The position numbers and the translations under genes were made by a program. This document shows, piece after piece, positions 25,471 to 57,582 of a DNA stretch of 64,000 nucleotides. The stretch's first letter is position 1. Every line of letters begins with the position of its first letter. The notes under the pieces are model-generated. The model was not told the origin of the DNA, searched no databases, and was given only the letters and a program-made list of their open reading frames with translations. Where the stretch lies: assembly GCF_009914755.1 (NCBI RefSeq), contig NC_060925.1; one strand, written 5' to 3'. Origin of the DNA: the human T2T-CHM13v2.0 reference genome, Homo sapiens.

Positions 25471-26464
25471 ACAGGATATGGGAAAGGCTTGACTTTAAAA
25501 TTTATATTTTAAAATTTATTTACTTATTTATTTAGAGTTGAAGTCTCGGTATGTTGCCTAGGCGAAGCTCAAACTTCTGGGCTCAAGTGATCCTCCTGCC
25601 TCAGCCTCCCAAGTGGCTGATACTATAGGCTAGCTAAAATTTAAATGAAGCAGTGTTTTGATCGGTTCGAGGTAAGCATAACTTTAAGTGAAGGGATCAA
25701 GAAGTCCAAGCTGAGGGACCACTTGGAAATTACAAAGTCAAGATAAATATAGAATATAGTGTCCAAAAACCCCACTATCTAGGCTGGGCACAGTGGCTCG
25801 TGCCTGTAATCCCAACACTTTGGGAGGCCAAAGTAATCCACGTGGCTCAGAACTTCTGGCAAGAGTAGGATGTTCCATTCGCACTGACTGATTTCAAATA
25901 GCAAAGTTTGTGACTATGATTTTAGAAAATGAAGTTTCTCAGCCGTATGTCCTGGATGTTAATTAACAAAAGCAGTTTTTACAGATTCACAGTCTTAGCA
26001 CAAACACAAATGGCTCAGCTGTGAAGAAAATTTTCACAGCCGTAACGATGTAAACACTAAGTATTGATTTAACTAAAAATTGGAGCTGGGGACAGTGGAG
26101 CTGTGATCCCAGAACTTTGGGAGGCCTAGGTGGGAGCGTTGCTTGAAGAAATGTACAGATAAGTACCAGAAGAAGCAGCCTAGAAACTGGAGCGTAGTTG
26201 TATATGTAGGTTGTATATGTAAGGGTTAAAGAAGAGGAGCAGGGGATGGTTATTTTTCATTAAAAGCCTTGTAGAGTTACAGCTCTTTTTTTTTCTATTC
26301 TTTTTCTTTTTTTCAGACAAGGTCTTGCTCTGTTGCCCAGGGTGGAGAGCAGCGGTGCAAACATGGCTTACTGCAGCCTCGACCTCCTGGACTCAAGCTA
26401 TCCTCCCACCTCAGACTCTGGAGTAGCAGGGACTACAGAAGTGGGCCACCACCACCACGCCCAT

Positions 26465-26467
<3 letters not shown>

Positions 26468-26511
<44 letters not shown>
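26468..26511. repeat. (GT)~22 microsatellite replacing an Alu linker
   Basis: Uninterrupted GT run between Alu arms. Confidence 0.95.
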
Positions 26512-26514
<3 letters not shown>

Positions 26515-26625
26515 CGGGGTCTCCCTATGTTGCCCAGGCTGGTCTCAAAATCCTGGGCTCAAGCAATTCATCTCAGCCCCCACAAAGTGCTGCTATTGCA
26601 GTCGTAAGCCACGGCGCCCACCGAA

Positions 26626-26682
26626 GTTACAGCTTTCAGAATTTGTTGAGCAGGTTTCCCGGTTTTCACTTGAAAATGCCCC
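26626..26682 (+). pseudogene. U7 snRNA pseudogene (probably RNU7-150P; name from memory)
   Basis: GTTACAGCTTTCAGAATTTGTTGAGCAGGTTTCCCGGTTTTCACTTGAAAATGCCCC aligns to U7: HDE-pairing 5' end, degenerate AAUUUGUCUAG Sm site and 3' stem-loop. Confidence 0.8.
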
Positions 26683-26766
26683 GCCACCCCGAAAAATATT
26701 TGTTGAACTAGTTGGCTTTTAAAACTATACAAATTCCTTTGTTAAAGTAAAAATTAAAACAAATAA

Positions 26767-27311
<545 letters not shown>

Positions 27312-27450
27312 TGATTCGCCCCCTCGGCCTCCCAAAGTGCTGGGATTACAGGCGTGAGCCACCGCTCCTAGCGAAAAACATTTTTTAGGCTGGGTGCGGT
27401 GGCTCACGCCTGTAATCCCAGCACTTTGGGAGGTGGAGACGGGTGGATCA

Positions 27451-27716
<266 letters not shown>

Positions 27717-27946
27717 TCAAAGCCCTAGCCACATTTCCATTTCCACACCAAATCTTTCTGGTTTCTCAATCAAGGACTCACTGGTCACAATGACTTTCAA
27801 ATATTGGTATACTTACAGGGGCTGGACACGAGCATTGCAGATGCAGATCCAGAAAGTCCATTTTATTCATACACAGTAGACTTGGCCCTGAAACTCCCCA
27901 GAACATTTTAGGGGCTTACACCACCACATATAAGGATAGATAATAA

Positions 27947-28346
<400 letters not shown>

Positions 28347-28560
28347 TAGCTCAAGGTTGTGCAGATAGTAAACAGCAAAGCTGTTTCATTGGACCCAAAA
28401 CTATATTCTTAGCACTTTCATTCTACTGTGTTGCTGCTACAGGAATGGGCAGTTAGGGTTCATCACAACAGCTGACATTCACTATGTGTCAGCTCTATGT
28501 CACTATGATTCCTATGTGTCAGGCACTGTGATGAGTGCTTTATGTGCATTATCTCAGTCA

Positions 28561-29016
<456 letters not shown>

Positions 29017-29191
29017 CTAGCGCCTCCTTCCCTAGATTGATGGAACATAATAAAAAGAGAAAATAGATCAGGCATATATACCAATGTAGCATATGATAGA
29101 GGCACCATCTTGAGTGAGTGAGGAAAGATGGATTGTTTGAAAAGCATTTGCAACTAGCTTACCATTTGAAAAAAAATTAAGGTAGATTTGA

Positions 29192-29368
<177 letters not shown>

Positions 29369-30388
29369 TGAGTAGCTGAGATTACAGGCACACGCCACCA
29401 TGCCCAGCTGATTTTTGTATTTTTAATAGAGACAGGGTTTCACCATGTTGGCCAGGATGGTCTCGATCTCCTGACCTTGTGATGGCCCACCTTGGCCTCC
29501 CAAAGTGCTAGGATTACAGGTGTGAGCCACCGGGCCCCGCCCAAAACAATTTTAATGTAAAAAGTGAAACTCTAAATATGCTGCAAGCAAATGTGGTGCA
29601 TGTTTCTCTAATGCTCAGCTCAAGTATCATGTCTCCCAGGCAGCCTTCCTGCGCCTTGATTCTGTCCTGCAGGGTTGGCCCCCATCTCCCTCCTCCTGCT
29701 CTCACTGACTTTCTTTTATTGACTTTCATGGCAATAACCATGTTGAGCTGTAGGGGTTTTCTTTCTCTGCCTGTCCTGCCCCCAGGACCATTGTATTCCC
29801 AAGATCAAGCACAGTGTGGGAAATGTAGCCGGGTTTCTATAAATGTATGATGAGTGAGCGAGAGAGAGAAGGACAGTTTGGCATTAGATGGTCTCCAGAA
29901 AAACTGAGCTAGCTTTCCTGGTCCCAGGAAATACAACTACTCCAGAGACCCCAGTCTGCCAGACACAGGGTGTTTGGCCTTGGATAGCACTGGACAAGAG
30001 ACAGAATATTCTTACAGTCCAACTCCTTTCTCTTCAGTCTTTCTGCAGATCATTACCCTTCCACTACCACCTCAGGATGAAGTACATGTGATTACAATAG
30101 GATATGAGAGGCAGAGCAGCTTGGGAGTTAAAAATTGGGGCTTTTGGGGAACATGTCATCAGGACCTCCTGAGGCTGTGTCATGGTTAAAAAAATAATAA
30201 TATTTTTTTTTTTAATTGGGGCTTTTGCTGGGCATGGTGGCTCATACCTGTAATCCCAGCATCTTGGGAGGACAAGGCAAGAGAATCGTGTCAGGCCAGG
30301 AGTTTGAGACCAGACTGGGCAACATAGTGAGACCTTGTCTCTATAAAAAAAAATATTAAAAATGGACGGGCATGGTGGCTTACACCTA

Positions 30389-30672
<284 letters not shown>

Positions 30673-30678
30673 TTAAAT

Positions 30679-31068
30679 ATGTATCTATAAAATATATACA
30701 TATTTAAATATGTATCTATTTAATAGATACATATATATGTATCTATTTAATAGATACATAAATATGTATCTATTTAATAGATACATAAATATGTATCTAT
30801 TTAATAGATACATAAATATGTATCTATTTAATAGATACATAAATATGTATCTATTTAATAGATACATAAATATGTATCTATTTAATAGATACATAAATAT
30901 GTATCTATTTAATAGATACATAAATATGTATCTATTTAATAGATACATAAATATGTATCTATTTAATAGATACACATTTAAATATGTATCTATTTAATAG
31001 ATACACATTTAAATATGTATCTATTAAATAGATACATATTTAAATATGTATCTATTAAATAGATACAT
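30679..31068. repeat. AT-rich minisatellite, about 14 copies of a palindromic 27-31 bp unit
   Basis: Unit ATGTATCTATT-T-AATAGATACAT-AAAT. Ten copies at 27-bp spacing from 30710, with flanking copies at 31-bp spacing. Confidence 0.97.
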
Positions 31069-31777
31069 ATATTATATATATGTAAATTTTAGCTGGCATG
31101 GTAGAGCATGCCTATAGTGCTAGCTACTCCAGCGCCTGAGGCAGGAGGATTGCTTGAGCCCAGTCGAACAATTTGGAAGACAAATTCCAAATCTAAGAGC
31201 CTCTGTACTGAAGATAAAAGGATATGCAAAGTTAAACAGAACACAGAGAAGGAAGGGACTATCTGGAGGGAAGGCTTCATAGAGGCCCAGAAGCCTGAGT
31301 TGATACTGGAAAGATGAGTAAGAGTTGTTTAGGTGAGGGGAGGGGGCATGTAAGGCCAAGGGAACAGCTTGAATGAGAGGCCTGAAAGTTCATGGTGGGC
31401 AATCTTTTGTGGCTGTGTCTGAGACAAAGAATGTTTCATGGGGGCAGTGGCAAGGATGAGGTTGGAAAAGCTGGCCAGGGTCAAGTGATTAAAGACCCCT
31501 TAAAAGTATGTGTGGGCTGGGCGAGGTGGCTCATGCCTGTAACCCCAGCACTTTGGTTGGTCGAGGCGGGCAGATCACTTGAGTTCAGGAGTTCGAGACC
31601 AGCCTGGCCAACATGGTGAAACCCTGTCTCTACTAAAAATACAAAAATTAGCCGGGCACAGTGGCATGCACCTGTAATCCTAGCCACTTGGGAGACTGAG
31701 GCAGGAGAATTGCTTGAACCCAGGAGGTGGAGGTTGCAGTCAGCCAAGGTTGCACCATTGCATTCCAGCCTGGGTGA

Positions 31778-41182
<9,405 letters not shown>

Positions 41183-41198
41183 CAATTTTTTTTTTTGA

Positions 41199-41393
<195 letters not shown>

Positions 41394-41674
41394 TGAACTC
41401 CTGACCTCAAATGATCTGCCTGTCTCGGCCTCCCAAAGTGCTGGGATTACAGGCATGAGCCACCGCACCTGGCCACAATTTTAAACAAGTATAAATAAAT
41501 AAATAAATAAAACTGTATCAATGGACTTTTCATACTCTGTTACATTATGATTCATTGGTTTCTCTTGCACTTTGCATAGATCCTTTACTCTTGCATAATT
41601 TTGTAATATTTGAAGATATTAATATTGACTCACTGAGTGATGCTAATCTTCCAACATGTTGACACTTTATTATA

Positions 41675-42361
<687 letters not shown>

Positions 42362-43132
42362 TCCAATAAGAACAAATAAAACCGCCAGGTGCGGTGGCTC
42401 ACACCTGTAATCCCAGCACTTTGGGAGGCCGAGGCAGGTGGATCACGAGGTCAGGAGATTGATACCATCCTGGCTAACATGGTGAAACCCCGTCTCTACT
42501 AAAAATACAAAAAATTAGCGGGGCTTGGTGGCAGGCACCTGTAGTCCCATCTACTTGGGAGGCTGAGGCAGGAGAACGGTGTGAACCAAGTTGGTCCCTG
42601 AGTAGTGGCCCCACCCCTTAGAGGGGTGGGCAGCCCCCCTTGTATGCCTGTCAGGCAGTAGGGATTTCTGGATGTCCACAGGTGTCAAGGTAATTACTAG
42701 GTCCTTGGGGAAGGTTTCAGGTAGTCAGGTTGTGTTGACTTCATCCCTGCCCTCAGGGCACCCACAGTTCCATAGGGCAACAGGACAAAAGCACATGCAA
42801 TTAGCAAAAACACAGACAAACTTTTAAAAGGGGAGTAGTGGAGAAGGGGCTGGGTGAGTCAGGGTTTCCTAGAGAAGGTAAGCTACAAGAGACGAAGATG
42901 GGAAAATATGATAGCCTGAAGGTGGACAGACTCAGGAACAGGTCTGAGCAGCTGAGAAAAACATCTGGATCATTCTGAGGATTCAGCAATTTGGAGTTGA
43001 TGCAGGGTAGAAGTTGAGTTTCAACAAAGGGCTCAAAGTACAAGAGTGGTGTGTTGCCAATGGGGTTCTTGGTTCTTCTTCTTTTTTTTTTTTTTTTGAG
43101 ACAGAGTTTTGCTCTTGTTGCCCAGGCTGTAG

Positions 43133-43258
<126 letters not shown>

Positions 43259-44156
43259 TAGTAGAGATGGGGTTTCTCCGTGTTGGTCAGTCTGGTCTTG
43301 ATCTCCCAACCTCAGCTGATCTGCCCGCCTCAGCCTCCCAAAGTGCTGGGATTACAGACGTGAGCCACGGCACCTGGCCCTTGGTTCTTCTTTTAATAAA
43401 CATTTGTTGAACACCTACTCTATGCCAAACAGCATTCTAGTGGACAAAATAGACAAATTCTCTGCCTTCAATGAACCTTATACTCTAGTGATGGGAGACA
43501 GACAAGACAAAAATAAACATTTAATATACCAACTAAACCTGCCCAGTGGCTCATACCTGTAATCCCAGCACTTTGGGAGCCCAAGGCAGGAGGATCACTT
43601 GAGGCCGGAGTTCAAGGTCAGCCTGGGCAACATAGACCTCATCTCTACTAAAAATAAAAATAACATATATTCACCAAGTAGTGAAAAGTACTATGAAGAA
43701 AAGTATAGCAAGGTAAGGGGCTAGAAGGTGACAGGCTGTACTGTGTCATATAGCACGATCAGAAAGGCCTGTCTGAGAAGGAGACATTTGCACAGAGACC
43801 TGAATGACATACAGAAGAGAGAAGTGTAGATATCTGCTGAGAAAGCGTTTCAGGCACAGGAACAGCAAGTGCAAAGGCCGCGAGGTGGAAACGTGCCTGG
43901 CACAGGGGACATGCAGGGTCTGGGGGCAGGATGGAGTGAGTGTGGGGAAGAGAGCAAGGAGGCGACGTCAGAGAGGTGGCAGGAGCCAGATGGTGTGTTG
44001 TAACCATGCACTGTAGTCATGCTGGTTAAGCAACATGGTGGGCACAGATGGATCTGAATGTGAACTCCAATTCCGCCTTCATTTATCGGTTGTGTATAAT
44101 CTTGAGCAGATTAGCCTTTCTTTCATTTAACCCCATTTCATTTTACTGAAACAGGG

Positions 44157-45604
<1,448 letters not shown>

Positions 45605-46147
45605 TGAAGTAAGAATATTGCTCTTATGAGGTTGGTGGAAGGGTTAAAATTGAGGATATCTATAAAGCATGAGTACAGTGACTGGCAAGTGGTAAATGTT
45701 CAATTAAAGGTAGTTGTTGTCATCACAAAGGGAAGAAATAATGTTTGTCAAATGCCTAGTATGTCAAGTGCAATGCTAGGCTCTTCTGCACTGTTATTTA
45801 ATTAAAATCCACGTTACCACACACTGAGGTAGGTATTATTATCCCCATTTTACAGTTAAGGAACTTAATGTGCAGAGGGATCACTCACCTTGCCCAAGGA
45901 CCCTCACCTGGTAAGTGTCAGGGCCAAAACTAGAAATTAAGTCTGTCTGATTTCAAGAAGTGGGCTCTTTCCCCCTGGGGCCGGAGGCTGAAAACAGAAA
46001 GGAGGGGTCTCCCTGGGGCGTCACTCCTAGTACCCTCACACACAGACATACACATACCTCGGTTTCAGCAATTTCCTTGAAAAATCCTGAGGCCCCATGG
46101 TAACTCTTTTTTTTTTTTTTTTTTCCAGACAGAGTCTTCCTCTGTAG

Positions 46148-46285
<138 letters not shown>

Positions 46286-47155
46286 TAGGTAGAGATGGGG
46301 TTTCACCATGTTAGCCAGGCTTGTCTCAAACTCCTGACCTCAGGTGATCCGCCCGCCTAGGCCGCCCAGAGTACTGGGATTACAGGTATAAGCCACCACA
46401 CCTGGCCCCCATAGTAACTCTTAACCCAGAAAAGGGGAATGTGGAAGGGTTTATTTCTGTAGGATCTGGGCCTCTACGGACAGGAATCCTGCCCTCCAGC
46501 TCCTTCTGACAGTGCAGCCTCTTCCTAAAATGGATAGGGTAACCTTTACCAGCTCTTCTCTCCCAACTTACCTGATATAAGAGTTCTCAGCTGGGCGCGG
46601 TGGCTTACGCCTGTAATCCTAGCACTTTGGGAGGCCAAGGCACATGGATCACCTGAGGTCAGGAGTTCGAGATCAGCCTGGCCAACATGGTAAAACCCCA
46701 TCTCTACTAAAAATACAAAAATTAGCCGGGTGTGGTGGTGCACGCCTGTAATTCCAGCTACTCAGGAGGTTGAGGCAGGAGAATTGCTTGAACTCGGGAG
46801 GTGGAGGTTGTGGCGAGCCGAGATTGCACCACTGCACTCCAGCCTGGGCGACAGAGGGAGACTCCGTCTCAAGAAAAAAAAAGAGGAGTTCTCAGAGAAG
46901 GGCTCCTCACAGACCATGAGGGCCATTTGGCTCAGGCCTTATTGACACATAAGGCCTCAAATTCAGACTTCTGATGTTATCTCCAAGTGTGGTTACAGTC
47001 ACGCTGTTACTCTGATAGAACAGAATGTAAGGACTTACCATAAAATTGATTTAACTTTTATTATGGAATTTTCAAATATATACAAAAGGAGGGCCAAGTT
47101 CGGTGGCTCATGCCTGTAATCCCAGCACTTTGGGAAGCTGAGGCAGGAGAATAGC

Positions 47156-47158
<3 letters not shown>

Positions 47159-47187
<29 letters not shown>
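47159..47187. repeat. (AC)~14 microsatellite
   Basis: AC run after an Alu fragment. Confidence 0.93.
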
Positions 47188-47239
47188 AGTAGAAAGAATA
47201 GTACAATGAATCTGGTATGCCTATTATCAGAAGACATTT

Positions 47240-48838
<1,599 letters not shown>

Positions 48839-50199
48839 GTCACAAGACTTTATAAAATAGGACCTGCAGTACCCTGTAAAGGAAAATTTTCTATAAATTC
48901 TGTAATGATCTTGTGGATAGCCAGGTGCAGTGGCTCACACCTGTAATCCCAGCACTTTGGGAGGCCGAGATGGGCTGATCACCTGAGGTCAGGAGTTCGA
49001 GACCAGCCTGGCCAACATGGTGAAACTCCATCTCTACTAAAAATGCAACAAAATTAGCCAGGCGTGGTGGCGCATGCCTATAATCCCAGCTACTTGGGAG
49101 ACTTAGGCAGGAGAATCACTTGAACCCAGGAGGCAGATGAAGGTTGCGGTGAGCCGAGATAGTGCCATTGCACTCCAGCCTGGGCAACAAAAGCAAAACT
49201 CCGTCTCAAAAAAAATAAAAACAAAAATAAATCTTGTGGATAGCATAATTGTATTGTAATTTTGTGTGAAAAAGTGTTAATCTGGCTGGGTGCAGTGGCT
49301 CCCGCCTATAATCCCAGCACTTTGGGAGGCCTAGACAGGAAGATTACTTGGGGCCAGGAGTTCGAGACCAGCCTGGGAAAAACGCTCTTCCAAAAAAAAA
49401 ATGTGTTAATTTATCAAACGTAAACGTGCCTGTTTTTCTCATTTCCAAGTGTATCTGAAACCTCCACAGACAGTAGGGACCTAGACTTCTCTCCATCTTT
49501 CAGAAGTCGTGTCTCCAAGGGAGCAGTTGCTGAGATCTGTGGGTCGTTTCCCACCCTGCCCCTGGCCCCCTGCAGAGGCTGGGGTGGGAATAGCTGGCTC
49601 TTCAAACCCTGCCCAAAGCTCTGAACTCTGCCTCCTGCCAGTGGTCAGGCCTCCTCCACCTGACCCTTCACCCGAGGTGATGGGATGCCTAACCATAGGG
49701 CCAGCTGGGGGGCTTCTCTCTCTGCCTCTGCAGGAACTCAACCAAATAGCATTTACAGAGCAACCTCTATGTGGCCAGCTGGCTTTCAGCCCTGGGGGTG
49801 GGAGGTGCGGGAGTGGCTTTGGGAACCTGATCCCGATCTCGGCACTGCCCCCTGAGAAACTTCCAGGCTGCTGGGAGAAAAGCAAAGAAAGGTACCTAAA
49901 GCAGAGCTATTAAGTGCCCCAACTGTGCCTATGTGAGAGTCCCACCATTGTTTGCTTGGGAGGCAGATCCTAGTAAGCCTAAGTCAAGGAGGAGTGCGCA
50001 CAGGGCAGGCCAGCCCGGAGGTCCCTGAGGGCAGGGCCTCCAGGCTTCCCATTCTTTCGCAGTTCCCACAGCGCTCAGGCCCCACTGGGCTCATAATAAG
50101 CTTCAATGCCCGCTTTTGACTGAACCTTCCCCTTTGTATCTGTCTCTGTGTCTCTCAGCATCTCTGTCTCTACGGGTCTCTGGCTCTCTCTTGTTTCCC

Positions 50200-51680
50200 A
50201 ACATCCTTCCCCAGCCCCTGGGGAGCAGAGCTGGGGGAGCCCGGCAGTGGGAACGGGACAGCGTCCTGTTCTCACCAAGGACAATAAGGGCCGGAAAGGG
50301 CTGGAGCCAAGGCCTGGCGCAGACTCCCCCTCCCTGCCTGCCCTGGGCGCCCCCACCCTCCCGCCCTGACCCGCCAGCACGGCCTAAGTGCCAGTCCTCA
50401 GGGAGTCAGCCTCCTTGCCCTTGGTCTCACATTCCTACTGCTCTCCCTTTTCTCTGGAGGCATCCCTTCTGCCCCCAGGAACCCGCAGAGCGAGCGCCCT
50501 CCCGCACTCCCCGCAGCCCCATCCCCTGCATTATTTACTCCTGTTTCCGGAGCTGGCTGCGGGCGCCGGCGGGTGTTAGGGCCACGTGTGAGGGAGCAGG
50601 AGGAAACATCTGGCTTCCCTCTGTCCCCCAGGGGCGGGGACGCCTCTCTCTCCCTCAGGCCTACCGCCTCTCTCTCCCTCAGGCCTACCGCCTCCTCCGG
50701 GGTGGAACTGAGCCCCAGAAGTCCAGGGGCCAAGAGGTTAGCACCTTTGCCCTTCTCACCCTCAGGGCTCTGGCAGCCATGGAGTCCTCACGCCCCCTTA
50801 CTTAATGATGGTGATTAGGTGGCTGTGATACCCCTGCCAGGGTTAATTGGCAGGTCAGGTGCAGGCAGCCTGCAACCAGGCAGGGTGCAGAGCTGCGACG
50901 TTGGCGCCAACCTGCCTTGTAAATGTACTCATTCCCTGAGGAAGGCGTCATTATTCCTGGGCCACATGCTGCCCATGGTGCCTACGCAGTGGGTGGCAGT
51001 AGGTGCTCAGATCCCTTGGCACTGCCCTGGCACCTGCTCTCCGGCTCCTCCCCACCCTCCCCTAGCCATAGAGATGATGCTCGCTGCTGGTCCCCACCAA
51101 AGCCAGCTCTCGTTGTGGAAGGCATGATGCCCTCTGGTGGCCGGATCCCCAGTCTCCCCCCATCCCGCCCCCCGCCACTCCCTTCCCCCCTCCCCGCCCT
51201 AGGCTGTGTCTGTGCTCACCTGGACTGGGACCTGACCCTCTGCCCAGTGCTCCCACGGGTTAGGACAAAGTCGAGGTTTGACAGTGAGACTTAGAGCCAA
51301 TCCAGCCTCCCTTTAGGCCCAGAGACCAACTTGGACAACCTCGTCCTCTCCCAGAGGGTCTCATATATCACAACCCACCGCCCTCCCCAACCATCAGTAC
51401 GGGTGAGTCAGAGCCAGATCTTCTCAGGGAGGCTCTCTCTGGTCTCCACTGAACTTTCCGCCTCCACTCCCAGCCTAGGGGGAGAAGAGGCTTAATTCAG
51501 GATTCAGTCCTTCCAAATGGACCAGTCTTCCGAGTCTTCTAAGAAGGCTGGCTTCCACACTGACGGACCCAGCAGCAACTAACGCCACTCCCGGCCCTCA
51601 GGGATAGCTTGCCTAGGAGGGTGCCGCTGGCTTCCAGGAGGCAGACGTGAGTCCATAGCGCCCCCTGCAGGCGTTTTGGA
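50200..51680. promoter_or_regulatory. Non-repetitive GC-rich intergenic element with two CTCF-like motifs and an AP-1 site
   Basis: CpG-enriched at 50280-50720. Minus-strand GGCCACCAGAGGGCATCA at 51125-51142 and GCCTGCAGGGGGCGCTA at 51656-51672; TGAGTCA at 51404-51410. Confidence 0.65.
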
Positions 51681-51901
51681 TAAACTGCCTAGCACATCCT
51701 CCTTGGGCAGGTTACGGAAGGGCAAGTGTTCTAGCCAAAGATGGGAGTGGAGTGGGGTGGCCTCTAATCCCTGACCAAAACTCCTCTATTCACTTCTTCA
51801 TCTTCACTGAGTCTTATTCCCTAACTCAGGCACCTATGGACAGGATTTTGTTTGTCAGGGCAGGTTATTTCATTCAACTAACCCACCTTTTTTTTTTTTG
51901 A

Positions 51902-52105
<204 letters not shown>

Positions 52106-53056
52106 TGACCTCAAGTGATCCACCCACCTCAGCCTCCCAAAGTGCTGGGATTACTGGCTTGAGCCACCATGGCTGGCCCAACCCACCAGTCTTTATTGTC
52201 CATTATCAGGCTCTGGAAAAAACAAAGCTGACCAAGATGAGGTGTATACCCTAAAACACACGCCATTCAGCACGAGGGACGGCACCTAGGACGGGCACTC
52301 TGCATAGAGTTGTTCCTCATGACAGAGCACAGACAGGGCAGGGTGCAAGTAGCCACCTGCATTTCCATCAAGGTGGGCTCAGAGGTTGGTGTCCTTGCTC
52401 CTATTGTTTTATATACTTCGCTACAATTTAGGAAGTTCCCATTGTCTTGGCTACAAGATGGGGAAAAAATGAAAGCACCAGAACAAACAGGCTAGGAGCA
52501 GTTGATCACCTGGGGAGTCTTTCTAAACACAGCCATATGTTCATGCTGAAGTAGAACAGATAGGTCCCAGGGACAGCATCAGGAGAGAAGTCCCACCTAT
52601 GCACTTGCAGCAGGGGGCTGATTTGCTTAAGGCAGGGAGCTGGAGTGGCAAAGATACCACGTGGAACCCCGTGAAACAGTGTAGGTATACGGGACCTTTC
52701 CTTCCTTTACTCTTTTGCTCCAAGATCCCTTCTGGTACTGACGGACAGGACTTCCTGCATTGCAGCCTTTACCCCTTTCCCCAAAGAACACGACTGCAGA
52801 ACATTCATGTACTTTTCTTCCATGATGAGACTCACACAAGTATATGCCACTCCAGTGGCACTGACAGTATTCAACAGATAACTGGTAAAAATTAATGTGG
52901 GAGGAAGGAAAGCCTCACTATTCCCAAGGTCTGAAAACAGAAGGTGCCCAAATGTCTTAACATTCTGTACATCTAAGCTGGATACTGGTAGATGACACCC
53001 ACAACATATCACAACTCACAGAGCTACAAAGAATCAACTTTATTGAACATTCAGGG

Positions 53057-56840
<3,784 letters not shown>

Positions 56841-56899
56841 CATGCCCCGCCCGTGAGTCCAACCGGCGCCTCTGGCCAAGAAAGGCGAGCTGAACCGGG

Positions 56900-57580
56900 T
56901 GCGGTTAGCTATGCGCATGCGTCAGCGCTTACCGCGGACTTGCTACTCCTCGCGTTCTCCTCTTTCTTCCTCTCAGTGCCTGGACGCAGCGCCCTCTTGC
57001 GACAGGGAGGAAATAATGCGTCGAGGGGGCATCCTCGGCCACCGCCCTGGTCCTCAGGCTTTCCTCGTACCTGGTGCGTCTGCTGCCACTCTGTACAAGG
57101 TGCACTTATCTCTTTAAGTCATTGGGCCCATGCCTGTGGCATCTATCCCATCTCTGTCTTCTTTGCCATTTCTTTCATCTCTAGTGCACGTTCCTCAAAC
57201 CTCCCTGCCCCATGCCTCAACATCTCCCAACCTAAAATTTAGTGCTCCCAACCAGGAACTCATTTTCCTCCGAAACTAATCCCCCGCTTTATATGAGTAA
57301 AATTAGGAGCCAATGAAAAATGAGAATGTAAGAAATGGCTCCCCCGTCAAATACCTTTCCATATTCCCCAACCCCCCGACCGGCTTTCGAGAACCACGTG
57401 GGGAGAACTATTTCCCACCCCCTACCCCGACGGGCGCTGTTCGAGGCTGGTCCCGGGAGCATGCGCAGTGACACCTCAACCCCCAGCCCTCCTCACACCC
57501 CCACTGGGCTCCTGCATTAAGCCCGGGGTTCGCAGCCGCAGCCGGGATCGGGCACCCAGGGGCGGGCGGGCACGGTAGGG
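56900..57580. promoter_or_regulatory. Divergent KRTCAP2/TRIM46 CpG-island promoter
   Basis: Start codons are about 0.7 kb apart, head-to-head. NRF1-like TGCGCATGCG near 56912-56921 and GCATGCGCA at 57459-57467; CCAAT near 57310. Confidence 0.85.
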
Positions 57581-57582
57581 CC

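Noticed and set aside
30685-30997. Repetitive MYLFNRYIN/MYLLNRYIF ORFs, and a CRISPR-like appearance of the array
   Set aside because: These are translations of a minisatellite. The units are contiguous with no unique spacers, there are no cas genes, and the context is eukaryotic.
42588-43075. Non-Alu sequence following a truncated Alu, considered as a hidden exon or retrocopy
   Set aside because: I could not recognise any family, TSD, polyA tail or coherent splice signals; a Dfam/BLAST search would be needed.
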